This document shows positions 50,633-60,201 of a stretch of DNA of 64,000 bases, piece by piece. How positions within the stretch are numbered: position 1 is the stretch's first letter; the number at the start of each line of letters is the position of its first letter. The position numbers and the translations under genes are program-made. The stretch is from a bacterium. GTDB lineage: Bacteria; Zhuqueibacterota; Zhuqueibacteria; Residuimicrobiales; Krinioviventaceae. The stretch is taken from the NCBI GenBank assembly GCA_963674595.2, contig CAXXFV010000036.1, forward strand, positions 15,496-79,495, read 5' to 3'. The notes beneath the pieces are model-generated. The model was not told the DNA's origin. It did not search any database and saw nothing but the letters and a program-made list of their open reading frames with translations.

Positions 50633-51991
50633 CTAACCTTCTATAATACCCAGGGGGGGATTTGTTTTCCATTTCCCGCGTGTAAAATCGGGAATGGCAA
50701 TGGGTGCACTTTTTCGGGCAACGGATTGTTCCGTTACTTCGACAATAGCGCTCCAGGCGGCGGCATCATAAACGTCCATATCCATGGGACTGCCGGTGCG
50801 CAGACATTCTATAAGGCGATAATCTTCAATAAAATCCATACCGCCGTGTCCCGAACCTTTACCTTTTTCAGCGATTGCTTTCCACAGGGGGTGTTCATAC
50901 TGTTCTACATATCTATCATAATCTTCCCATTCATGTGCCGGACTGCTGTCTTCAATATAAATTTTATCCGGCCATTTACGGGCAATCCCTTTTGTGCCCT
51001 GGATTAAATTGATCCGGCTGTAGGGACGCGGTGTGTCGCAGTCATGTTTCAGATATATGGTTTTTCCATTTTTCGTTTTTATTAAACAGGTATTTACATC
51101 ACCCAGTGCATAATTCTGTTTTGCCTGCTGAGAATCAGGACCATATTTTTTTTCTGCAAAAAGATGAAGGCCCCTGGAGTTTGAACTCATAGAAACCAGA
51201 TAGTCAAACTGGTCACCCCGGTTAATATTCATAACCTGGGAAACCGGACCAATTCCATGTGTGGGATAGAGATTGGCATTTCGTTTTATGGAATGGGCAA
51301 TTCGCCATAACCCTTCTCCATTATCGCTGAACTTTAAGGCACGTAAATCATGCAGATAGCCTGCTTCCGCATGCAAAATTTCTCCCAGCAGACCTTTTCG
51401 AACCATGTTCAGGGTCATCAGTTCAATACGGTCATAACAACAATTTTCCATCATAACACAGTGCAGATTTGTTTTTTCAGCCGTTTCAACAAGCTGCCAG
51501 CAATCGTCAATATAAATAGCAGCAGGAACTTCTGTTGCCGCGTGTTTTCCGGTATTCATGGCTTCCAAACAGACCGGTACATGCCATTTCCAGGGCGTTG
51601 CCGTATAAACCAGGTCAAGATCATCCCGTTCGCACATGCGTTTAAAATCATATTCACCACGAGAGTAACCATCCGGCTTTGGATGTCCGGCCTCAACAAT
51701 ATAGTCCTGTGCGCGTTTGACTTTATCTTCCACAATGTCACATACAGCTTTAATTTCCACACCTTCAATTTTCATCAATGTTTTAACATGATGAAAACCC
51801 ATACCGCCGACACCGACAAAACCGATGCGGACTGTTTCAATAGGAGGGACTTTAAATTCCGTACGGGCCTCGCCGGCTATTCCGGGTTTGGAGCAGTTTA
51901 TGTTTCCAAGGCCTGTCAGTGCAGTACCTATACCTGCTGCAATCGCACTTTTTTTTATAAAGTTTCTTCGATCCAGGTTTTTGGGGGTCAT
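50633..51991 (-). CDS. GH109-like NAD-dependent glycosidase (Gfo/Idh/MocA), Tat-exported; start placed at ATG 51991
   Basis: DRRNFIK Tat motif; ATPWKWH, TEVPAA, MENCCY, YLHDL, NLYPTHG and GHGGMDF motifs; AAGGAG RBS. Confidence 0.9.
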   Translation of the reverse strand: MTPKNLDRRNFIKKSAIAAGIGTALTGLGNINCSKPGIAGEARTEFKVPPIETVRIGFVGVGGMGFHHVKTLMKIEGVEIKAVCDIVEDKVKRAQDYIVEAGHPKPDGYSRGEYDFKRMCERDDLDLVYTATPWKWHVPVCLEAMNTGKHAATEVPAAIYIDDCWQLVETAEKTNLHCVMMENCCYDRIELMTLNMVRKGLLGEILHAEAGYLHDLRALKFSDNGEGLWRIAHSIKRNANLYPTHGIGPVSQVMNINRGDQFDYLVSMSSNSRGLHLFAEKKYGPDSQQAKQNYALGDVNTCLIKTKNGKTIYLKHDCDTPRPYSRINLIQGTKGIARKWPDKIYIEDSSPAHEWEDYDRYVEQYEHPLWKAIAEKGKGSGHGGMDFIEDYRLIECLRTGSPMDMDVYDAAAWSAIVEVTEQSVARKSAPIAIPDFTRGKWKTNPPLGIIEG

Positions 51992-52105
51992 CTGTTTCTC
52001 CTTATGCGGTTTTGTTCTTTTAACAATTCCCTCTGCTAAATTGGATTTAATCTCAAATATGATTAACAAATTATCGCTGCTGGTATGTTCGAACGCTGCA
52101 AAAAT

Positions 52106-54175
52106 TTATTGATCTAAATACCGTTCTTTAAAAGTCGGTTTATTACCAACCATTTTTACAAAAATATCCAGCGGCACCAGTTCAAATTCCGATCCCAGTT
52201 TATCGAGGATCCGTTTTACGCGTTTAATATCACTCGATTCGCGTACATGAAACAGCAGAAAATAGGGACGTTTAGAGTTCAGGTCCGCCAGTTCATAAAT
52301 ATCTGCTACGGCCTCATCTTCCGGTTTGGATGGAGACAGGTAATAGTCATAGGATATAAATGGTTTTTTATCACGAACAGTAAATGTAAAAGCCGGTGCA
52401 TAGCCGTTTAAAAAACCGGCTGCTTCAGGCATCCCTTTATAATATGCATCCACAACATTTTCTGTTAATTCCGTGTTACCTTCAACAGTGGCGCCTTCGG
52501 AATAATCCATAATCATAAAAATATTAAGGTCCAGCAGTTTCATGAGACGCCAGGCTTCATCGATCAAAGGTGGGAGCAGTTGTTGCGGAACCGCTTTGGG
52601 ATACACATAACCGGGACCTGACAAACAGCCGATAAAATAGTCATTCGGTGTTGCCTGAGAGTAAAAGAATTCCAGCATTGCCGGCGCCATCCATTGGTAG
52701 TTCATGGTAACTTCCCAGGCATAGGGAATTTCACCCCGACCGGGTTTTGTCCAGGCACCGAGACCGATTCCGTCTGTCTGCACACATGTAATATAGACTT
52801 TGTTTTCCGGTTTGTATTCTTTACCGGGAACAATGTTATGGTGATTTTTATATTCAAATCCGGGTGAGGCAGGTACCTGGCTGCTGAAACTCAGGTTTGG
52901 TAAGGTATGCAAACCTTCGACGCGGTGGCCGTAATGAGAGGTTAGTTTTACATGGTCCCGTTCTTTGTCTTTGGCATAACTGTGCCATCCCATTACTACA
53001 GACGTGGGATTCATTTCGGCCAGCAGACGGTTTGCCAACGCATACTCGGCCGTATCTGCCGGTAATGAGGACAAATCGTTGAAAAACGTTTTATTATATA
53101 TTCCCCAGTCTGCTACGCCGGGTTTCATCACCGGACCGGAATCGCCGCCCATCCAGATAATGTAGTCTTTACTGCATTGGTCCCAATATTGATCATAGGC
53201 CCATTGATATATTTCAGCATCGGTTTGTCCGGTAAACTGACCTCTAAAATCAATGACCTGTTTTAGCCCATATTCTTCGGCAAGTGGAATTAAAGCCGGA
53301 CTAATAACAACCGCGTCTGTTAAACCTGATGCGGTAAAAGCAACGATCAATGAAGAGCGAACATCCGGGTCCCAAACGATATATCCTTTCGCTTTTTCTG
53401 AAAAGGTAGAAAGGGCCTGTTCCAGAGATTTAATCTCGGTAAAAGTATAGTTGCGGTCATTTTTGTAAAAATCAAATACCGGTTGTGTATATGTAAACGG
53501 CCAGTCTTCCGGATAAATAAAATATAACAATGGACCGTTTTTATTTACAATACCCTGCAGGCTGATTAACAAGGCGTTTTTATCCAGGTTGTTTTTAACC
53601 TCCCAGCCGTTTTGGACTTTATAAACATAAGCATTTTTATAGTTTTGTTTTTTTAATATATACTCTAGTATCGGACCTTTTTTCCTGGAGGTTCTTTCGA
53701 CGGTGTATTGTAACAGTTCATTATGGTTTATCAGCTTGTAGGCATGAATCGCTTCTATCTCTTTTTTCCCCTGTGATACCAATACAGGATAGGTTTCTTT
53801 AACAAAAAGAGTCTTTTTGTCCTCAGACCAATAAGCACTTGTCTTTTTTGTTTTTCCCACGGCAAGGGAGAGTCCCATAAAAACATTTGTCGGAAAAACG
53901 CGGTCATCTATAATTTTTTCAATCGACTTGCCGTTCAGATCAATTGAAACGGTATCATTAAATGATCGACTAGTACCCCATTTTTGAATGAGGTCAAGAT
54001 GATTACCATTCATGCTAATTTCAACAGACATTGTTCCATATAAATCAATATTAGAACTTTTTGTTGGAATTATCTGCCACTGGCCGTTGAAATCATTTTG
54101 CTCTTTTCCTGTAACCAACGATGAGGTAAACAACAGAAAAAACAGGAAGAAAAATAGGTATTTTTTGTGATACAT
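52106..54175 (-). CDS. GxGYxYP-domain putative glycoside hydrolase with an extra N-terminal domain
   Basis: SLQGIVN, VMGWHS, NLSF, RGEIPYAW and SGPGYVYP motifs; signal peptide. Confidence 0.8.
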   Translation of the reverse strand: MYHKKYLFFFLFFLLFTSSLVTGKEQNDFNGQWQIIPTKSSNIDLYGTMSVEISMNGNHLDLIQKWGTSRSFNDTVSIDLNGKSIEKIIDDRVFPTNVFMGLSLAVGKTKKTSAYWSEDKKTLFVKETYPVLVSQGKKEIEAIHAYKLINHNELLQYTVERTSRKKGPILEYILKKQNYKNAYVYKVQNGWEVKNNLDKNALLISLQGIVNKNGPLLYFIYPEDWPFTYTQPVFDFYKNDRNYTFTEIKSLEQALSTFSEKAKGYIVWDPDVRSSLIVAFTASGLTDAVVISPALIPLAEEYGLKQVIDFRGQFTGQTDAEIYQWAYDQYWDQCSKDYIIWMGGDSGPVMKPGVADWGIYNKTFFNDLSSLPADTAEYALANRLLAEMNPTSVVMGWHSYAKDKERDHVKLTSHYGHRVEGLHTLPNLSFSSQVPASPGFEYKNHHNIVPGKEYKPENKVYITCVQTDGIGLGAWTKPGRGEIPYAWEVTMNYQWMAPAMLEFFYSQATPNDYFIGCLSGPGYVYPKAVPQQLLPPLIDEAWRLMKLLDLNIFMIMDYSEGATVEGNTELTENVVDAYYKGMPEAAGFLNGYAPAFTFTVRDKKPFISYDYYLSPSKPEDEAVADIYELADLNSKRPYFLLFHVRESSDIKRVKRILDKLGSEFELVPLDIFVKMVGNKPTFKERYLDQ

Positions 54176-54353
54176 TATTATTTTCCTTTCGGTAGAAATA
54201 AAGGGATTTTAGGAGTTCCATATTTCCCGGAGGTTGGGTTTATTGTATTTCCCTCAAAATATTAAATTAGAGTTTTAAAATCAACATGTATCCGTCGTTA
54301 CTAACATATTGATAATAATCATCAAACATTTTGTAAATCGATTAGCTTGAGAT

Positions 54354-54382
54354 GAAACCGGTATATAAAATATACCGGTTTC
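54354..54382. terminator. 13-bp perfect inverted repeat after the fabF operon
   Basis: GAAACCGGTATAT-AAA-ATATACCGGTTTC. Confidence 0.6.
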
Positions 54383-54433
54383 TGAAAATATAACAGGATT
54401 GTGAAATGATTATATTTTTAATGGCGGGTTGTT

Positions 54434-55513
54434 TTATGCCTTTTCCAATTCAGATACCAGTTCCTGGAAAAGCTCATTTACAGAAATTATTTTATCTATA
54501 CGATATGCATTTTGCCCGCAGAACATGAGTCCGTTTTCAACGTCGCCAAAGTATGAATTTAACAATACCTTGGCAATACAATACTTTGCTGTTTTTACCT
54601 GGCAGGCAGTAAGACATCTATATGGACAGTTAATACCAACTTTCTCATTATTCTCCAGGTTTTTAAGAAATTGATTGTTTAAGGCCCGGCCCGGCATACC
54701 AACCGGACTTTTAATTATAACAATATCTTCTTTTTTAGCATCCAGATATGCTTGTTTAAATTGTTGTGAAGCATCACATTCGTTCGTACATACAAAACGG
54801 GTCCCCATTTGAACACCTGATGCTCCCAGGGAAAGCATTTTTGCAATATCTTTCCCGGTATAAATACCGCCTCCTGTAATAATCGGGATTTTCTTTCCGT
54901 ACTTGTCTTCATAAGGTTTAATGGTTTCCAGTACCTGTGGTAATAAAATTTCAAGAGAAAATTCTTCCGGATTTTGCAATTGTTCTTCTGAAAAACCAAG
55001 ATGACCGCCTGCCAGCGGACCTTCGAGAATGAAGGCATCAGCAACTCTATTGTACCGCTTGTCCCAGGATCGCAGGATAAAATCAGCGACTCTTGCAGAA
55101 CTGGTAATCGGTACAAGGTTTACACTGGTATCCTCAACAAGAGCCGGAAGTTTTGTCGGAAGGCCGGCCCCGAATACAATCATTTTTATGCCTTCCTGAA
55201 CAGACGTTTTAATAAGGTCTTCTACGTTGCTGAGTACACCCATAAGGTTTACCGCCAAATTTCCATTGGTCATGGTTTTGGCCTTGCGAATTTCGTTTTG
55301 TAATGCTTCTCTGGATGTTTTTTCATAATCATTTGCTGCAATATTAACATCGCCAAGCCCAATACTTGAAATGGTCCCGATTCCTCCTTGATTAGCGACA
55401 GCAGAAGCCAGGGAAGCCAACGAAACTCTAACACCCATACCTCCCTGAACAATAGGTATTTCAGCAGATAAACTTCCAATTTGAAGTTTAGGAATTTTCA
55501 TTAATTTCTCCAT
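54434..55513 (-). CDS. nitronate monooxygenase family flavoprotein, FabK/FabX-like
   Basis: PIVQGGMGV, GAGLP, EGPLAGGHLG, GVQMGTRF and SPVGMPGRA motifs; C-terminal CPYRCLTAC..YCI. Confidence 0.85.
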   Translation of the reverse strand: MEKLMKIPKLQIGSLSAEIPIVQGGMGVRVSLASLASAVANQGGIGTISSIGLGDVNIAANDYEKTSREALQNEIRKAKTMTNGNLAVNLMGVLSNVEDLIKTSVQEGIKMIVFGAGLPTKLPALVEDTSVNLVPITSSARVADFILRSWDKRYNRVADAFILEGPLAGGHLGFSEEQLQNPEEFSLEILLPQVLETIKPYEDKYGKKIPIITGGGIYTGKDIAKMLSLGASGVQMGTRFVCTNECDASQQFKQAYLDAKKEDIVIIKSPVGMPGRALNNQFLKNLENNEKVGINCPYRCLTACQVKTAKYCIAKVLLNSYFGDVENGLMFCGQNAYRIDKIISVNELFQELVSELEKA

Positions 55514-56744
55514 ATTTTTTAATTATGAGGCAGGCATTGCCTCCGCCAAAACCAAATGAATTACTCATTGCCGCGTATAAATCAAGTGACTCAGCGCCGT
55601 TTGTTACATAATCCAAAGGACAGTCTGCATCAGCTTCTTTATAATTAATGGTCGGTGGAATGATACCACTAAATATACTGAGTACTGTGGATATAAATTC
55701 CACAGAACCAGCCGCTGCAAGCAGATGCCCAATCATTGATTTTATAGAACTTGTTTTTAAATTCTTTGCATGGTCTCCAAATACATTTTGAATCGCCATG
55801 CTTTCACATTTATCATTTAAAACTGTTGATGTGCCATGAGCATTGATATAACCGATTTGGTCGGTTGCCAAATCAGCATCCTTTAACGCAGTTTGCATGA
55901 CCCGGGTCATTCCTTTTCCTTCCGGTTCCGGAGCGGTAAAGTGAAAGGCGTCTGCGGTATTTCCATATCCGGCCATTTCTGCATAAATTTTTGCACCTCT
56001 GTTAATAGCGTGTTGTTTGGTCTCCAAAACAACAATTCCGGCACCTTCTCCCATAACAAAACCGTCACGATTTTTATCAAAAGGTCTGCACGCATTATCA
56101 GGGCAATCATTGGGTGTCATGGAGCGTGTGGCGCAAAAACAACCGTAGGGCAGAGGGGTAATGCAGGCCTCGGAACTCCCTGCAAGCATGATATCGGCAT
56201 CGCCTCGTTGCAGAATCCGAAAAGCATCACCAATAGCATTTGAACCTGTTGAACAGGCAACAGATGGTGCAGACAGCGGGCCTTTTAAATTATATTTTAT
56301 TGAAACCATGCAGGCTGCCATATTAATGAGTAATTTTGATACGAAGAATGGGTTTAGGCTTTTTGGTCCGGTTTTATCAAGTATGGAATAACCGTCTTCA
56401 ATTGTTTGTGATCCCCCAATCCCGGATCCTATAATAACACCGGCTCTGTTATTATCAAATGAGAAAGAATCTAAACCAGCATCATTAACTGCCATAGTTG
56501 AGGCGGCAATTGCAAACTGTGTAAAACGGTCCATACGTTTTATTGATTTTTTATCAATCCACTCTTCCGGATTAAAATTAGTTACTTCAGCCGCAAGTTT
56601 TGAACGATATTCTGATACATTAAACCGACTAACTTTAGTAATTCCGTTTTTTCCAGATTTTAGTGCATTTTGAAAATCATTCATACCTATGCCAATAGGT
56701 GTTATAATGCCTAGTCCCGTTATAACGACCTGATTTTCTTTCAT
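55488..56744 (-). CDS. fabF: 3-oxoacyl-ACP synthase II
   Basis: VACSTG, NAHGTST and KSMIGHLL catalytic triad; DGFVMGEG, SNSFGFGG. Confidence 0.93.
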   Translation of the reverse strand: MKENQVVITGLGIITPIGIGMNDFQNALKSGKNGITKVSRFNVSEYRSKLAAEVTNFNPEEWIDKKSIKRMDRFTQFAIAASTMAVNDAGLDSFSFDNNRAGVIIGSGIGGSQTIEDGYSILDKTGPKSLNPFFVSKLLINMAACMVSIKYNLKGPLSAPSVACSTGSNAIGDAFRILQRGDADIMLAGSSEACITPLPYGCFCATRSMTPNDCPDNACRPFDKNRDGFVMGEGAGIVVLETKQHAINRGAKIYAEMAGYGNTADAFHFTAPEPEGKGMTRVMQTALKDADLATDQIGYINAHGTSTVLNDKCESMAIQNVFGDHAKNLKTSSIKSMIGHLLAAAGSVEFISTVLSIFSGIIPPTINYKEADADCPLDYVTNGAESLDLYAAMSNSFGFGGGNACLIIKKYGEINENS

Positions 56745-56910
56745 AATTATTTAATCCTTAAAAATTGACTTTTTAATTATGTGGAACACCCCAATTTTAA
56801 ATGATTAATTTTTTAAAGAAGAGTCAAGGTTCCAGGTATTTATTGGTTTTTATGCGGGCTTTTATCTGCCTTTACAATAAATTTTTATCATGAAAATAAT
56901 AGGGTTATGT

Positions 56911-57648
56911 TTATTCCCTGTTTTTTACAAAGATTAATTTAAACCGACCTTTTGGGCTTTCGCGTTGTTCTATTTCAAATTTTTTAACGGATTTAATTAA
57001 AGGAGTTAATTTTTGAAAACCATAATTTCGGGAATCAAAATTAGGTTGTTTTTTTTGTAAAAGGTTACCAACCTCTCCTAAAAATGCCCAACCATCATCA
57101 TCCGCCAAATCTGAAATTGTAGAGGAGATAAGTTTTATTACCTTTGGTGTTATTTTATCAAAGTTCGTTTTTTCTAAAGACTTGTTCTTATGTGTATCAG
57201 ATTCTGCTTCTTCATTATTATTTTTTAATATTTCAATATAAATAAATTTATCACATGCGACGATAAATGGATTAGGGGTTTTTTTCTCACCGATTCCAAT
57301 TACTTTCATTCCGGCTTCCCGAAGTCGTGTTGCCAAACGTGTAAAATCACTGTCACTTGTCACCAGACAAAATCCATTGACTTTTCCGGAGTATAATATA
57401 TCCATAGCATCGATGATCATTGCTGAATCGGTTGAGTTTTTTCCGGTTGTATAACTATATTGTTGGATGGGTATAATAGCGTTTTCAAGCAGGACATTTT
57501 TCCATTTTGTCAGAGTAGGATTTGTCCAGTCCCCGTATATTCTTTTTATAGTTGGATTGCCATACTTGGCAATCTCTTCCATCATCTCTTTAACGTATGC
57601 AGATGGAATATTGTCTCCATCTATTAATACTGCAAGTTTTATATCCAA
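56911..57648 (-). CDS. NYN (LabA/DUF88) domain protein with OST-HTH/LOTUS; start placed at TTG 57648
   Basis: AVLIDGDN, RIYGDW, GKNSTD, TSDSDF and FDSRNYG motifs. Confidence 0.88.
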   Translation of the reverse strand: MDIKLAVLIDGDNIPSAYVKEMMEEIAKYGNPTIKRIYGDWTNPTLTKWKNVLLENAIIPIQQYSYTTGKNSTDSAMIIDAMDILYSGKVNGFCLVTSDSDFTRLATRLREAGMKVIGIGEKKTPNPFIVACDKFIYIEILKNNNEEAESDTHKNKSLEKTNFDKITPKVIKLISSTISDLADDDGWAFLGEVGNLLQKKQPNFDSRNYGFQKLTPLIKSVKKFEIEQRESPKGRFKLIFVKNRE

Positions 57649-57841
57649 AATTACCACACTTTCTGTTGAACGTAATATACGAACAAAACAATTGAAATGC
57701 ACTGTAAAATTTATTTAAAAATGATTCTTACCGGAGAGTGTCAATATTAATTCTGTTTTGTATAATCAGTAAGGTTAAAGGGTGGTGATAGTTGATTTGA
57801 GAGTGGGAGAGTATTAGATTAGTAATCGAATTTATAATGAT

Positions 57842-57869
57842 AAAAAGCGGATTATAAGATCCGCTTTTT
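57842..57869. terminator. intrinsic terminator
   Basis: AAAAAGCGGAT-TATAAG-ATCCGCTTTTT. Confidence 0.8.
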
Positions 57870-57890
57870 ATCGAAATATTTTTTTATAGA

Positions 57891-58451
57891 CTAGTATTCA
57901 ACAGCTACTTTAATAACAGCTTTGTGAATTTCACCGGGACCTATCTGTGGAAGATGAGCATCATTTGGGAAAAAGATAGTAAACATTCCTGGTGTTACTT
58001 TTTCCCATTGGGTGGGTTCATCTTTAAAAAGCATATAGTCTTTTTCTGCATTATATTCAGTATCAATTGTCTTGCAATCCGGTGTATGTTTCCATCCCAT
58101 TTCATCTGTTCCGGAGATCACGTATTGTATATCAATGTATTTTTTGTGAGCTTCCATAACCTGACCTTCTTTAGAGCGACCCGGTCCTGTTGACAGCATG
58201 CAAAAAATTTTGTCTCCATCAATTTCATATTTTCCATCAGGCAAATCCGCCAAACTGTCCTGCTTTATAAATTGAAAGGCTTTGGCAAAACCCGGATGTA
58301 AATCGACATATTTATCCGAATTTTCAAGTTTATCGACAATCATGGCAGGTTTTTTCATGTTTTCGTTATTCTCCTTTTTGGCTGTACACTGAGTCATTAT
58401 GGCAATGACGAGTAAAAGAATTGGAAATCCTGTTAATAATTTGATTTTCAT
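57891..58451 (-). CDS. YhcH/YjgK/YiaL family protein with an N-terminal lipoprotein-like signal
   Basis: EAHKKYIDIQY, FFPNDAH and HKAVIKV motifs; GGAG RBS then MKIKLLTGFPILLLVIAIMTQC. Confidence 0.85.
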   Translation of the reverse strand: MKIKLLTGFPILLLVIAIMTQCTAKKENNENMKKPAMIVDKLENSDKYVDLHPGFAKAFQFIKQDSLADLPDGKYEIDGDKIFCMLSTGPGRSKEGQVMEAHKKYIDIQYVISGTDEMGWKHTPDCKTIDTEYNAEKDYMLFKDEPTQWEKVTPGMFTIFFPNDAHLPQIGPGEIHKAVIKVAVEY

Positions 58452-58557
58452 GGCCTCTCCTTTGGCAAAATTTAACTTTTGCATTTATTATAAGGTAATC
58501 TCAATTTGAAAAGGTAAGAAAATCCTTTTACTAATTCAACGAATATCTGTTAAATGT

Positions 58558-59559
58558 TTAATTTTTTTGATTCTGAATTGTGCGGCACATGGCGATATAA
58601 TTTTCATCCGGAATATAATCTTGTGGACTGGTATTACAGGCGGCAATAAATTTTTGCTTTTTTAGTCCCGTATTCAGCATTTCCTGTGTTTGTTCCTTTA
58701 CCTGCTGCTGTGTTGCATTTGTTAAAAACACGACGTCCATATTGCCAACGAGACAAATGTCGTCACCAAATTTTTCAACCAGGAAGGCAAGGTCATTGGC
58801 CTGCTTTTCACAGCCGTGAACGGCTGAAAATCCCAGTTCAATCAGGATGGGTAAAACATCATCCAGTTTTCCATCCGTATGAAAAGTATAGGGTATATTC
58901 AAATCCTTGAGTTTGGAAACCGTTTTTTTGGTTTCCTCAAAAACAAGATCTCGAAAAACGTCCGGCTGTACCATAAGACCGTTTTTATAGGCGCAGTCTC
59001 CGTCAAATAAAACAATATCCGGGCGTACTTTAGAAACAACCTCATCAATGGCAAGTCTGTTCCGTTCTTCAACCCACCTCATGCAGGTTTTGATAAATTC
59101 AGGTTCATCATAAAGTTTATAGGAAAAATTTTCCAAACCCATACCGGTTGCAATTGTATGAAAGCACCAGGGCAAATACAATACACTTGCAATGTCTGCT
59201 TTTAATAGTTTTTCAACTTTTTCTTTTATTACTGGAATGACCGTATCCCAGGTCGGCAGGGGGCGTTCCTCTAATTGTGACAGGCTGGTCAGAACACCAC
59301 CGGCATATCGGCTATCACCGTCATCTGTTGTGTGGTTTTCACCGAAATGACAATTCGTATCAAGATAGCCGACCGAAAGAGCCGCCATTCCCAAATCATG
59401 GGCCATAGCTATGGTCGATTCTATGTTTGCCGGATCACCATATAATTTTTCCTGCATTTTTTGTTTTTTAAACCATACTTCCCAAAAAGGAGCGGTCGGT
59501 GAATTGTGTCCATGGAGCAGCGATAAAAGATGTTGTTTTGGTGACGGGGAAAGGGACAT
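58558..59559 (-). CDS. uroporphyrinogen decarboxylase/MtaA-like TIM-barrel protein (not canonical HemE)
   Basis: MGLENF, DCAYKNG, FHTDG, GNMD and IPDENY motifs; lacks the HemE RQAGR motif. Confidence 0.75.
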   Translation of the reverse strand: MSLSPSPKQHLLSLLHGHNSPTAPFWEVWFKKQKMQEKLYGDPANIESTIAMAHDLGMAALSVGYLDTNCHFGENHTTDDGDSRYAGGVLTSLSQLEERPLPTWDTVIPVIKEKVEKLLKADIASVLYLPWCFHTIATGMGLENFSYKLYDEPEFIKTCMRWVEERNRLAIDEVVSKVRPDIVLFDGDCAYKNGLMVQPDVFRDLVFEETKKTVSKLKDLNIPYTFHTDGKLDDVLPILIELGFSAVHGCEKQANDLAFLVEKFGDDICLVGNMDVVFLTNATQQQVKEQTQEMLNTGLKKQKFIAACNTSPQDYIPDENYIAMCRTIQNQKN

Positions 59560-59577
59560 GTCTGGTTCCTTGTTAAT

Positions 59578-60201
59578 TTAAAATATGGTTATAAATGTAT
59601 AAACGGCAACACATACCAACAAAATAGCAATAATCTGAAATAGCTTTTTAAATGTGGACTGTTTGAATTGATGATGATATTTTTCAACATATTTTGTTAA
59701 AATTACATACCAAAGTGATGCTCCCAGCCCCACTGATATTGCCAGGGTTAAAGAGTCTGTATGTGAATTACAGATAATTTTATGGGCTGAAAGAAATCCG
59801 GCTGTGGCAATCCAAAAAGCATAAATAGCCGGATTGGTTATATAAAGGAAAAACGATGTCAGGATCGGTTTGTGAGCTGTGGCAATTAAATTTTGTCTGG
59901 ATTTGCGTATTTCCTGAATTTTATTCGATTGTTTATATAACCGGTAAGCAATGCCAAGCAACAGCAAAATTGCAGCAATTTTCATGTATATAATCAAATG
60001 GGCGAGATTTAAAACAATATGATTAAAACCGGTAACCGCCAAAAATGCAAAACCGGCGTCCAGCAAAGCGGCTGTAATTCCAACCAGAAGGCCATGAAAA
60101 AAATCTCTTTTAATAACCTGTGATATAGCAAATAAATTTAAAGGACCAACCGGAATAGCGGCAACAAATCCGATTATAAATCCTAAAATAAATACTATCA
60201 T
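59578..60201 (-). CDS. LysE family exporter
   Basis: AIPVGPLN and TNP motifs; six TM segments. Confidence 0.82.
   Translation of the reverse strand: MIVFILGFIIGFVAAIPVGPLNLFAISQVIKRDFFHGLLVGITAALLDAGFAFLAVTGFNHIVLNLAHLIIYMKIAAILLLLGIAYRLYKQSNKIQEIRKSRQNLIATAHKPILTSFFLYITNPAIYAFWIATAGFLSAHKIICNSHTDSLTLAISVGLGASLWYVILTKYVEKYHHQFKQSTFKKLFQIIAILLVCVAVYTFITIF

Noticed and set aside
56911-57648. NYN protein as an anti-phage or toxin system
   Set aside because: Solitary, widespread LabA/DUF88 type with no defence-associated neighbours
5465-57869. Similar AAAAAGCG(A/G)A...T(T/C)CGCTTTTT hairpins at 5465, 50589 and 57842 as a MITE/REP family
   Set aside because: Short, located at gene 3' ends with A/T tails, different loops and no target duplications; ordinary terminators explain them
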